Part shown: positions 48,500-60,182 of the stretch, piece after piece | Layout of the letters: each line of letters opens with the position of its first letter | How positions within the stretch are numbered: position 1 is the first letter of the stretch | Source of the DNA: Cyanophora paradoxa CCMP329 | Taxonomy: Eukaryota > Plantae > Glaucophyta | Length of the DNA: 64,000 nucleotides | Assembly (NCBI GenBank): GCA_004431415.1 | Contig: QPMI01000453.1 | Coordinates: 248,001-312,000 of the forward strand | Direction: 5' to 3' | Notes under the pieces: generated by a model | What the model saw: only the letters and a program-made list of their open reading frames with translations | Database searches by the model: none | Told to the model about the DNA's origin: nothing | Position numbers and translations under genes: made by a program

Positions 48500-50228
48500 G
48501 AGCCCGATGGCTCGGGCTCCGCGTACGCGTCGCACCCGAGGTATACGTAATCGCCTCGATTGTCCGGTCGCTGCAAAAGGGGCCTGCGGCTTAGGGCGGG
48601 CGAGGGCGGGGCCTAGGGCGCCCGGCCCGCCCGGCGGCCGCGCCGCTAAGATTGCAATTGGGGCCCCTAGAAATTTAAAGGGGCCAGGGGCGGGGGTTAG
48701 GGCGGGGCCGGGGCCGCACGGGGCGCCGTGGAAGGGGGCGTTCCGACGAAGATGACCTGCGCAGCGGACGGGGGGGAGGGGGGAGGACCCGCGGAGGGGT
48801 ACGTTATTCCACGGCGCAGGGGGGGTACCTGGCGGACGAGCTCGTCGACCGCCTCCGGATGGGTCGTGAAGTACTGTTTGGGAGTCTCAGCGCTTCGCAG
48901 GGCTGGGGGGGGGGGAAGAGGGGGGGTACACGCACGCTGAGGATGAAGAGCCCGCCCATGGAGTGCGCGAGGAGCGTGACGGGGCGCCCCGCCGTCCCGC
49001 GCGCCTGCTCAAATTCAAATTCAAATTCAAGGTTTTACAAGGTGCAAGCAATAAGTAATGTGACAAATTCTGCAATATATAAGGCGCCGCGCGCCTGCTG
49101 GACGAGACGGTGCAGCGCCTCGACCTTCTCCGGCAGCCCGTTGCTCGTTCGCCAGTCGAACTGAAGGGCGGGGCCGTAAGGGCGCTGCAGGACCACAGAG
49201 GAGGGCGCCGGCGCGGCGGGCCGCGCTCACGGGGAAGCCCCACAGGTCCGACCCCGACTGGCGTTCGCGTCAGCGGCCGATCGATGTCGCGGCGCGGAGG
49301 AGGGGCGCGTGCCTGGTACCCCATGTTGCTCCGGAGGAAGTTGATCAAGTCCTGGAAGTACTTCTGGTCGTCCTCCAGGTCCAGGGCCCGCAGCGCCGTC
49401 GAGGAGCCGACCATATTCGATATCGCGAAGAGCCCGTTGTCCCTCTGCGCGCGTGAGCGAGCGCGCGGAGCTGAGTGAGCAAGCAGAGTCGAGCAGGGCC
49501 GGCGAGACGGCCGGCGGGCCCTCGGATCAATTTTTGAGGACCGGTTTCGCGCCTGGGGCGGCTCGACGCGCTTGCCGGAGACCTCGCTGAGGGAGTTCGA
49601 GGCCGGGTCGTACCGCAGGAAGAGCGCATTCACCAGCGCCTCCGCTGCGGAGCCGGCCATTGATATCGGTTGGCGGGCGGTCTCGACCGGCCGCGGCCGC
49701 GGCCGCAGCCGCGGGCGCTGCGGCTCATTCGAGTGCGGGGGCGCAGGGCCGCACAGATGCGGCCCCACGGGTCTCGTATCGTGTCGAAGAAGCCTGCAAT
49801 GCCGTCCGTGTCTCCGAGCTGAGCGCCGAGCGTCAGCTGGCCGGAGCTGCTGCAGCTGGCGCAACAGCTCGAGCCAGCGCGCCGCGCCGGCGCACCTCCA
49901 GGACGTCAGCTGAAGGCAGCCAGACTTGGATCCGGTCCCCGTTGACCTGGTCCAGCACGCTGCAGCGCGAAATGACAACGGGCGCCGTGCGATGCGCTCG
50001 AGCTCCGACGGCAATGACGGCCGGAGAATGCAGAAACCGACCTTCCCTCGATTTTTTTACAAAGTGGATCAGCAGCCGGCAGCGGGAGGGCGGCGCCAAG
50101 AAGACGGGAGCGCACCCGGGATCAAAAATAAGCGGCTGGCGCTGCGATCCGCTCTGCGGTTGTTCCTGAGCGCACGCAAACGCGGCGCAGAACGCCAGGA
50201 GCGCCAGGAGCGCTAGGAGTGACCGCAT
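48500..50228 (-). pseudogene. Truncated duplicate of the LCAT-like gene
   Basis: Similarity to the intact copy is lost at ~48500, so the catalytic Asp and His exons are missing. An extra T turns LILIPG into LIFDPG (~50125) and two extra C disrupt GTPF (~48736). The indels could be assembly errors; the truncation is the main evidence. Confidence 0.75.
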
Positions 50229-50465
50229 TGTCTGAGTTGACAGTACCCAGGATCACAAAAAAACGGAAGAAGCGAGACGCAAAAGCTTAGTCCAGACGTG
50301 CACGCGAGGCTCTCGGAACCAACAGGGCATCGGAGCGGGAGGCGCTGAGCACCTAGCCGGAAGCCCCCGCCGCTTCTAATTCAAGCGACCACCCTGCGAC
50401 CAGCCAGATTAGGCGCACGCTAGTCCCCTAGGCCACCGCGTGCTTAGCTAGAAGCAACTGCAGTG

Positions 50466-51550
50466 ATGGCGACGACAGCGCCCCCTCAGGCCGGCGCAAC
50501 GGGCACAGTGAAGAAGGCCACATACACGCCACCAGTAAGAACAACGCTTGCCGAGGTCAGTACATGACGCTGCAAGTGTATTTGATGGCCCGACCGGCGC
50601 GCTGACGCCCCGCGCAGCGGCGAAAGATGACCACGAGGGATCTGAGTGCGGCGCCGCCCGAACGCCCCGCGCGCTGCGTCTAGCTGAGGGCCCGCCCCCC
50701 GCAGTAAAAGACCCCATCGGGCTGCCGCTTGACTACAGCTTCTTCGAGCTTAAGGAGATGAGCGACGTCATCGACGAGGACCCCGTGTCCGGCACTCGCA
50801 AGCCTCGGCCGCAGCCCGAGGAGCCGTCGGACAACCCCGAGCAGGCAGCGGTGTGCCGCCAGCTACCGCTGCACGGCGGCGGCGCGCTGACGCGGACCGC
50901 AGGCGAAGGCGAAGGCAGCGGCGGAGGAGAAGGCGTCGAGGCCGGCGTGCCGGGCGATCCGCCTCTCGAACAACGCGCTGACGCACCTCAAGGGTTTCAA
51001 GGCCGCCGTGGAGGCGGTGATGGACGATTCCGAGAAGCTCTCGTTCGTCGACCTCTCGTACAACAAGCTCTCCGCGATCGACGAGGAGCTCGTCGCGAGC
51101 TTCCCCAACATCACAAGTGCGCCGCCCCGCTCCGCCCCGCCCCGCTCCGCGCCGCGGCGCCTTCCTGACAAAGGCCGCCGAAGCGCTGTACCTGCACGCG
51201 AACGGCATCGCGAGCATGAAGGAGGTCGCGAAGCTCTCGCAGCTGCAGGGCCTGCACACGCTCACGCTCCACGGGAACCCCATCGAGAACAAGAAGCACT
51301 ACCGCCAGTACGTCATCGCCTGCTGCCCCAACCTCCGGTGCGCGCCCGCCCTCGCATACAGACAGCTGTACCCCGCCTCGCCTCCCCCGCTTCCTTCCCC
51401 GACAAACGAACCGCGCGCAGGACGCTGGACTTCATTCCGCTGACGCGGCACGACCGGACCAAGGCGACGCACTGGGCCACGGTCCACAAGAACTCGAAGC
51501 TGGCGCACGCCCTCCGCGCCAGCGCTTCGGACGGCGAGGGCGCCGCGTAG
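50466..51550 (+). CDS. LRRC51: Leucine-rich repeat protein 51-like (ciliary/flagellar)
   Basis: PLDYSF, AIRLSNNAL, LSFVDLSYNKL, LYLHANGI, LHTLTLHGNPIE..YRQYVI..PNLRTLDF. Confidence 0.8.
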
Positions 51551-51788
51551 CCCGCCGCTGGCGCCGCAGCTTCAGCCTAGCTCCCGGCCCCTATCCCGGC
51601 CTCGGCACCCGCCCCCATCCAACCACCCCTGCCACTCCGGACCGGATCCTATGCCTACCCTCGCAGCCCCGACCCAGCATCTCCGCGTACTCTCGTAGTC
51701 TTGTTAACTGAATCTTATAAACCTCGTCAAACTAGAGCAATAAGAGCCTCGGAGAATAAAGTAGCAGTGGAATGCATGGGGGAGACTA

Positions 51789-53879
51789 TTATGGGGACCG
51801 GTTGTTGTCGCGCAGCGAAGATGGCTTGGATCCAGGTCCGGAAGCTGCGGGTGGCTGCGCCTTGCCGCCGCCCGCCTTCGCGCCGCCTCGGCACTTGTCC
51901 TTGCCGCCGCCGCCGCCGGCGCCAGCGCTGTTGCTGCGGGGGAGCGTCGAGGGCGGCGCCTCTTGCCCTGCCGCCGCTCGCCTCTCCTCCTCCTTCGGGC
52001 CACCGCTCGCGGATCGCTCAAGCCTGCTGCTGCTGCCTGCGCCGCCGCCGCCTCCTCCTCCGCCTCCGCCTCCGCCGCCGCCTCCGCCTCCGCCCGAGTT
52101 CCGCGCCTCGCCGCCGCGCCGCGCGAGCCCGCTCGAGGCCGGCCGCTGCGCGCCCCTTCCTGTGCTTGGACTCCTCGCGGACTGCCCGGGCGTGGGCGTT
52201 CCGGAAGGGACGCTGGGCGTGACGCCGCTGGGTGCTGGGGCTGGAGGCCGGGGCGCGGGCCGGGGCGCGTTGCAGGACCAGGCGTGGAGGCAGAGGGCGT
52301 AGGCGGAGAGGGATGTGAAGGCTGTGAGGGCGCGGGTACGCCACGCCCAGACGGGCGCGGCCGGCGCCCGAACCAAGAGGAGCACGTGGATAAGAGAGGA
52401 CGCGGCCTGAGCAGCGACGAGGAACTGGTGCGGCCGCTCTGGGGTCTGGAAAAGGGACTGCGAGCGAAGCAGAGGCGGAAGGGGGTGAGGGCGGGGGTAA
52501 AGTCGCTGCTGCGAGGAGGGGGTACGATCGATCGATTGCGCACGTAAAGGAAGGAGGAGAAGCGGTGGGTCGGGGGCGCCGCGTTGCGCTCCCCCGCGGA
52601 CACGTAGTGGCAGCCGCGGTACTCCACGATGGCCCCGCGGGGGTACGGGAGCGCCTTCGTCGACCATGGCGCCGGCGTCGAGGATCTGTACCCGGGGGGC
52701 TTAGCTTCGAAGCGGCGCCGCTAAGGGCAGGGTACGCACTTCTTCTTGGCGGGGGAGGGGGAGGGGGAGGGCGCGGGGCGCCAGCAGCCGACGGAGTGGG
52801 CGACGGAAACGAGCTCGCCGCAGTGTAGCGCCAGCAGCTCAGCCGCGTGCGCCCCGAGGCTCACAGCAAGCGTCGATACCACCAGGGCCACGCTCCGGCC
52901 CCGGTCGACCACGTAGTGCTCGTCCTGCGCTGGCGTTGGGCGGGGCGGGCGGGCCGCGCGGTGGGGGTGCTGGCTGGAAGAAGGGCGCACGCTGGGGAAA
53001 AGGGGCGGGAGGACAGAAGCGAAGTAGGCAGACTCGAGGGAGTAGAAGGCGAAGGTGATGGCGTGGTAACGGGCGCGCTGCAGGCCGGCCGCCGCGTGGC
53101 CGCCGTCCCGCTGGTTCGCCGCGTGCATCGCCAGCTGCTCCAGGGCAAGTCTGCAGCGCGGCGCGCGGTCAGCGCGTGTGGGGCGGCGGGCGCGGGCCCC
53201 GCGCACGGCAGGAGGAGGATGAGGAAGAGAGGAGGGGAGTGCTGCAGGTACAGGCGGGCCAGGCAGTAGCACATCGCTGCGCTGAGGAGGAACACGGATC
53301 CGAAGGTCGCCGCGCGCGCTCCGGCGGGTGGTTGGGCGGAGCTGCGGGCGGGCGGGGAGCGTGTGAGCGGCGGATGGTGGCGATGGCGGGCGTCCGCGCG
53401 CACCCCTCGTGTCGCCAAGGCCGCAACCGCCGCAGTATCACGCGCTTCCCGATCACCTGCGAGCAGTGTCAAACTCGTCGCACCTCACGGCGGCCGAGCG
53501 CCCGATCTCACCAGCACAGTCAGCACGAACAAGTGCAGATTGAAATGCAGGACGTTCTGGGAGCAGTGAGCGATGCTCATAGCGCTTTAGCGCACGAGAG
53601 GCGACGCACCGGGCCGTATATGTGCGCGTTCTGAGCGTAGGCGTGGACGAGGAGGACGAAGGTGACGCACAGCTGTAGCCGCAGCTCGCGCTTTCGAAAG
53701 CCCGCTCCTGCTGGTTGCGGCTGTTGTTGTTGCTGCTGCTGCCCTGCGTGCTGGCTGCCTGCGTGCGCCTGCGTCGGGGTATGCGCCGCCGAGCTCGCGG
53801 TCGCCGCACTCGGCGTTCCCGCTCGCCTTGTATCGGCGAGCGAGGCGAACTTCACGACCGCCACGCCGCTCGACGGCAT
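51789..53879 (-). CDS. TMEM39: TMEM39-family multi-pass membrane protein
   Basis: Several TM exons; AHSVGCW...PWSTKALPYPRGAIVEYRGCHYVSAGERNAAPP..FLY-SLFQTP matches the TMEM39 GCW/W..P.G/N.A.P pattern; poly-Q N-terminus and Gly-rich C-tail. Confidence 0.68.
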
Positions 53880-55047
53880 GGTTTCGGAGCAACGCCCCTT
53901 TTTTTCGGCGTGGCGTGGCGGGTACGTTCAAATTCACGCTCATCTCGCCGCTTTCGGTCGGCTCGTTTGAACGCCGCTCTTGCTCTTCCAATGCGCGATG
54001 GGCCCCTGCAGCTCTCGATCGCGATGCGCCTTCGCCCCGGCGTCGCTGCGCCGCGCGATGCGCCCCATAAGCAAAGTTCGCGCTGCCGAGCTGGCCAGGC
54101 AATTCGCCTCTGACGCGTTTTGCACAGCGCCAGCTGCAGCTTGAGCGTTAGCTCCGGCGGGCGCGCGCGCGGCGGCGTTGTGGTGCATGCACAGCCTGGC
54201 AGCGCCAGCTCGCGCGGGCGCGGCCCAAGCGCTGCCGTCGGATCGCAGAGCGCTCAGAGTGCTCGTGCACGGCGCCTGTTAACACCTGCCTACCCTAGAT
54301 CTGCCGCAGGTTAACGTGGACGTCCGTGTTCAGAGCGGCTGCAGCTGCGCACGCTCTTGCTCTGATCCGTGGACATCCCAAGAAGGCTGCTTGCTATCAC
54401 TCGCCGAAACGTTTGACCGCAGGTCGGAAAGCTCGCCGCGCGAGGGGAGCACAACGCTCGACCGCCGTCACATGCGCGTCGCCAGCTGGCTCCGTTCATG
54501 TCGTTACGTTGGCCATGTCGTTAGTTCCCGGCGCCCATGCCGCAGCGCGTGGCCTCGCCTTGCAATGTGCATGCCGGAGTGCAGCTCCGGTGAATCGGGT
54601 CTAGCTAGATCTAGCCTGAACGCAAGTGCACATGACAGTGACATCCCCGCGGATCCGCCAGGCCATGAGGGAACACGATCGCAGCGCGTAGCCTGGCAGA
54701 AAGCTAATAGAAATCTCAGTCTGCATTTGAACGGAGCAAGAAAGCGAAGAGCGGAACGGGTGGGCGGAATGGGAGCCGAACAGGGCGGAGCAAGGTGGGC
54801 TGGATGGGAAGAGGTGGAGGAAACAGGCAAGGAAGAAATGAAAAGGAACTGCCCTGCATCTATTCTGTCATCTGCAACGGAGGGATGAAGGGGCGGCTCC
54901 AGGGACACAGCCGGCCTCCGGAGCGGCGAGGGGCACACCTGCCACCCGCCGCGACGACGCACGATCCGCGCGCTCGCGCGCTCGCGAACGCCGCGAGAGT
55001 ACAAGATGGAGGAAGACAGCGCGCCGCCGCTGACTCGAAAGGTCCGT

Positions 55048-55810
55048 CTAGTCGGACCGCAGGGCGCCGGGCTTGGGCGCCGGGCTGCCGGCCTTGCCGC
55101 CCTCCTTGCCCTTGTAGACCTGCTTGCCCCACGAGAACGGTATGTACTTGTACTTGATCATGTGCTTGATCTGGCGCTTCATGGTGACGAAGAAGAGGGC
55201 GCCGAAGTAAATGACGAGGATGGGCCAGAAGACAGGGATGTCCAGCACGCGGAAGAACGTCGCGAAGAACGAGTAAAGCACCGCCTTACACGTCGCGTAC
55301 CTGCAAGGCGGGCCAGGGAGAACACATGCGGTCAGGTCGCGGATGGCTCACAACGGACGGGGAGCGCTCTGCGCCGAAGCGCGCGGCCCCAGCTAACGAT
55401 AGGGCGATGTCCGACAGCTAGTGCGGCTATATGCTCGCGCAAGGGACTGTGCCTGCGCACCAGAACTTGAATTCCGGCAGGCGGCGGGTGAATGGGCGGT
55501 ACTCCTCGTCCTTCTTGAGGGGGAGCACGGGCCCATCGGTATCGGGATCGATTTGAGGCGACAGGAACGCGATGAACAGGTTGAGCAGGTAGATGCCGAG
55601 CGCGTAGGTGATGATGTAGAAGCCGCCAACAAGCTTCACACGGATGAAGTACAGGAGCATGAGAACCGCGCAAGCGCCCCAGCGAGGGATCACATGCGGC
55701 ACTGACAAGTCCAGATAGAACTGCTTCTTCCTGTTGAAGTCCGCTTTGAACTTCGCGTAGGGCGTGCTCGGGACATCCACGTCGACGGGCGGCGGCTCCG
55801 AATTCAGCAT
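55048..55810 (-). CDS. RER1: Golgi-to-ER retrieval receptor RER1 (2 exons)
   Basis: GFYIITYALGIYLLNLFIAFLSP, EYRPFTRRLPEFKFW|Y, DIPVFWPILVIYF, TMKRQIKHMIKYKYIPF. Confidence 0.97.
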
Positions 55811-56012
55811 GGCTGCGCTCGCCTGCTTGCTGGCTCGCTAGCGTTTCCTGGCTCCGCCTCTGAAAAAAAGGGGGGACGAAGCCCGGCCCAGGGGGTACGC
55901 CGAAACGAAGGTCGCGCCCACGGGCCTTGCAGCAGGTGACGTTGACACGCGCACACGGCACGTACAGCTACGTATACCCACGCCCCGACCCTCGATCTCG
56001 CTACCGCTAACG

Positions 56013-58506
56013 CTAGCCTGCAGTGTCCGGCGCAGGCGTTGGAGTACTAGTCCCGGATCCGACGTCGGCGCCGGCGCCGGCGGCCCGCGGGCGGCCCTCC
56101 CGCTCGGGTACGTCGGCGAAGAAACGCGCGAGGCTCGCCTCGGTCGTGGGCCGGATGGAGAGGGCGGCGGCCAGGGCCCGGTACTCCCGCAGGGCCCGCG
56201 CGCGCTGGGCGGCCGAGGCGCCCCGCAGCGCCCGGATCAGGATGTTCTTGGGCGTCCTGGCCCCGCGAAGCCCAAGTCAGAGCGCTATCGGTCTGTATAA
56301 AGAGCGGGGCTTACCCCTCCATGTCGATGAACTCGCACACCTGCGTCCTGGGGGCGGCGGCGGTAGAGTGAGCGCAGGCAGATCGGGACAGCAGCGCTGC
56401 AGTAGAGGCGGGACCAGCGCACGTGTAGCCGGCGGCGGTGAGGAGGGCGGCGCGGGCGGCGTCCGTCGCGAGGGCCGCGACGCGCTCCTTGAGGATGCCG
56501 TGCCGCAGGAGGGCCCCCAGCGGCTCGCTGCGGATCTGCCCCAGGGCCTCCTTCTGGCAGCAGGGCACGGCGAGGATGGCCGCCGCGCCCCACTCCACCG
56601 CCTGCGCCAGCGCCGCGTCCGTCGCCGTGTCGCACGCGTGCAGGCTGCGCTCCGCTCAGATCAGATCGGATCGGATCGGATCAGATCAGATCAAATTGGA
56701 TCGGATCGGATCACCTGACGACCATGTCGACGGGGCCCCCCGCGCCCCCCTCGAAGGACTGTATGTCCCCCGTGTGGAACCGCAAGTCCGGCCACGTACC
56801 CAGCGCCTTCGATAAAGCCCTGCGGGGGTTTTTTTTTTTGGGGGGGGGGTACGGTGAACAAAAAGCGGGGGAGGGGGTACAGGGGTACGCAAAGTTGAGC
56901 GCACTCGCAGCCCTCGACGACGTCGCGCTTCAGGTCGACGCCCTCGACGCGGACGGGTAGGCCCATTACGCTCGAGAGGTAGTGGAACAGCGCGAAGGCT
57001 GGGGACGGGTACGGGTATGCGGGGTGAGGGGCCGGGCCTGGCGGGGCGGGCCGAGGCTCAAGCTCGGGCTGCGCACTGAGGTAGGACTTCCCGCTGCCGA
57101 AGTCGATAATGCGGAGGGGGCGGGACCCGCCCGAGGCCTGCGTGCATGCACGAGAACTGAGGGGACAGGGGGGGGGGGGGGGAGGGGGGGTACCTCGGCG
57201 GCGCCCTGGAGGGCGGGCACGACGGCCCGCACGTGCTCGAGGAAGCGGTTTACCTGTGCCCCCCCGAGTTCGCCTCTACATTCGAGAGATTCAAGAAGGA
57301 TGGGGAAATCGAACCTGTCTGAACTTGTCGTACTTGGCTTTGACGACGCGCCCCTCGGCCGTCATCACGCCTGAGGCCCCGCGGCGTCGGCTTCGACGCG
57401 GCGAAGGAGGCTAATTTGATTGCGAAGGCCGAGGCGGCGACTACGGACCGAGGTGGACGAGAAAGGGCACGGGCTCGCCCTCCCTCAGGATGTGCTCCTT
57501 GCTGCGGTCGTGCTGCAGGCCGACGGACAGGGCCGCCCGCCCGTCCTTGCCCTCCGCCGCCCCAGAACCCGCCGCCACCGCCACCGCCGCCGCCGCTTTT
57601 GTGGGCTTCTTCCGCGACAGCGTAGTCTGCCGTGGCGGGCTCAGATCTAATCTACAGCCGCGGCCGCAGCCCCAGCCGCAGATCGCGAAGAGGCAGACGC
57701 ACGCGGCCCGTGCGGACGTTGCAAATGAAGTGCAGGTCGCTGGTCTCAGTGAAGAACTGCGGCGGCGTCCCGGCGGCGCACGCGCGTGCGTGAGAAACGC
57801 ATCTGGAAGGGTGCGCGGGGTTGGTCTGCACCTGCCCCTGCTTGAACTCGTCCAGAAGGAGCCTTCGGAGTACATCCCGAGCCTCGGGAAGGCTGTAGTT
57901 CTTCGTGATGACCTGCCGCGGAGCCGTACCTAAGCCCCGCCGCGTACGGAAGGAGCGAGGGGCGTGCGTACGCGCGTCCCGCAGTAGTGCATGAACTGCA
58001 GCGCGACCTGCGAGAGCATCAGAGCTCGCGAGGGCGCGGGCGCTTGCGATCCGACTCGCCCCGCTCTTGATCAGCACAGGCCTCAGCGTGACCCGCTTGC
58101 ACTCCGCCTTCTTGTCCCGCGGGTCCCCGAGCGAGGCCGAGACGAGCTGCGGGGTCGAGTCCGCTGCCGTCGCAACTACCGACTCGAGAATCTGCTCCAC
58201 CGCCTGCTCGAGCTCGGCCGCGGCCTGCTGCTTAGGCTGTTCGCCGCTCCCCAGCGTCTTGTTCGCCGCAGCGCTGCTGCTCGCCTGTGCGATCCCGGCG
58301 CTCCATCTCGGAGTGAAGTGGAGTGCTACGCCGAAGAAGCTCCCGCGCGCTCGGGCTCGCGCGGCCGCGGCCGGGATCGCGCACCGCCTCCGCGCCGCAG
58401 GGACGACCCGGGCGGGCTGGGCGAAGGCGAGCGCTGATCCGCACGCCGTCAGCCTCCGGAGCGCCATCGGCGACCCGGAGGCTCCCACAAAGCCAAGGAT
58501 CGGCAT
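56013..58506 (-). CDS. Bacterial-type class I SAM-dependent methyltransferase (Methyltransf_32) with organelle transit-peptide-like N-terminus
   Basis: HDRSKEHILREGEPVPFLVHLG-VMTAEG, DKFRQ-VNRFLE, IIDFGSGKSYL, VEGVDLK, LHACDTATD, AVPCCQ, TDAARA, EFIDM-TPKNILIRA. Start is either 58506 or 58467. Confidence 0.85.
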
Positions 58507-58548
58507 CGACGAAGTCACGAAGAGAGGAGGGGGGTGCCAGATCGAAAG

Positions 58549-60031
58549 ATGGCGGGCGACGAGGAGATGGCGGCGGCGGGGGTCCCGGATCTGGCGGTGA
58601 TTGCAGAGCTGAAGGCTAAGCTCGTTGATAGGAGTCGGCCGCTGTCGGAGCGAATGCGCACAGTGTTCTCGCTCCGGAACCTGCCCTGCCCGGTAGCTAT
58701 CGCGCCGTCCGCGCGCGGGGGGCTCGTGGAGCGCTAGCTTTGCTTTTTCCATGCTAACTAGGCCCTGCAGGACTCGGTGGATGCGCTCGCGGCGGCGCTG
58801 GACGACGAGTCCGCACTCCTGAAGCACGAGCTGGCGTACTGCATGGGCCAGATGCGGGAAGTGCACGCAATACCAGTCCTGACCCGCGTGTTGCGCGATG
58901 TGAAGGAGGACGCGATGGTCCGGCACGAGGCGGCCGAGGCGCTGGTGCGCGGCACACGCTGCCCTCGTGCTGGGCCCGAGCTGATGCGCGCGGTGCGCAG
59001 GGCGCTATCGGGGATCCGTCGGTGCTCGGCGTGCTCGAAGAGTACGCGAAGGACCCGATCGTGGAGGTGGCCGAGACCTGCCAGATTGCGGTCGCGAAGC
59101 TGCGGCACGAGCAGTCCGCGAAGGGCGGCCCCGACGCCGGCGAGAAGTCCGAGATCTTCCATTCCGTTGACCCCGCACCGCCGTGCAAGCCCGCGGTCCG
59201 TCCTCCCCGCGCCCCGCCCGGTCCCTGCGTATCGAGTCCCGCGCAGACGACCGAGGAGCTGCGAGCGCTGCTGCTGGACAAGAGCCGGCCCCTGTTCGAG
59301 CGGTACAGGGCTATGTTCGCGCTCCGGAACAAGAACGACGAGCCGGCGACCCTCGCGCTGTGCGACGGCTTCGACGACGGCAGCGCTCTCTTCCGGCACG
59401 AGATTGCGTGCGTCCGCCCGCGCTCCTCCTTAGATCCAGAGACCTTAGACGATCATAATGTGCTTCATATCGATCGTCCGAGAGGAGTCACCACTTAACT
59501 GAAGTGTCAAGAGTGTCAGCTTCTAGAAAACGCATCGCCGCTGCAAAAAGGACTAGGAAAGGAACGAAAAGGGACTTTACGGGCCCCTAACCTTGCCGGC
59601 ATCCCGCAGATACGTTCTGGGCCAGATGCAGCACGCGGCGGCGGTGCCGGCGCTCACGCGCGTCCTGCAGCGCGACGAGGAGGCACCCATGGTGCGACGC
59701 GCACCGGCCCGGCCCCGCCCCGCCCCGCTCGCGGCACCCGCCCACACGCTCGCGGCTCAGGTGAGGCACGAGGCGGCGGAGGCGCTGGGCGCGATCGCGG
59801 CGCCGGAGTCCCTCCCCCTCCTGGAGAAGTTCCGGAAGGACCACATGCCCGTCGTCTCGGACTCCTGCAAGGTCGCCCTGGGTACGCGGCCGCCCCTCTT
59901 CCCCGTGCCATCCTCCACTTCGTTCGAATTCGGGTCCCGCCACAGACATGCACGCGTACTACAACTCGGGAGAGTTCCAGTACGCCGACGTTGCCGTGGG
60001 CAAGGATTCCGGCGTCGTCCGCTCCCACTAG
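58549..60031 (+). CDS. DOHH: Deoxyhypusine hydroxylase
   Basis: Four HE motifs: [50 protein letters not shown]; also SVDPAPP and [13 protein letters not shown]. Confidence 0.96.
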
Positions 60032-60182
60032 CCCGCCGGCCTCGAACGCGCGTTTAGAATACGAATCGATTATACACAGTCACTACAAGTATTGTGCAAA
60101 GGGACGAGGGTAAAAGCAGGATGATGGGCTATACAGCTAGCGCTTGCGAGAAAGTTCGAAAGACGAGGAACTTGGTCTAGAT

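Larger units (their letters stand above)
45560..50379. repeat. Direct segmental duplication (~45560-47460 and ~48520-50379) of the LCAT-like 5' half and its upstream region
   Basis: Near-identical blocks such as 45870-46275 vs 48755-49163 and 46640-47000 vs 49530-49930. Similarity ends upstream at gccgcttctaat (47460 / 50379). Confidence 0.92.

Noticed and set aside
54100-55040. ORFs 54316..54888 and 54504..55004 as genes
   Set aside because: No motifs or coding-like composition; probably RER1 3' UTR and TMEM39 upstream region.
56655-56715. (TCGGA/TCAGA)n pentamer run as a regulatory element
   Set aside because: Simple intronic microsatellite; a similar run occurs at 34440-34487.
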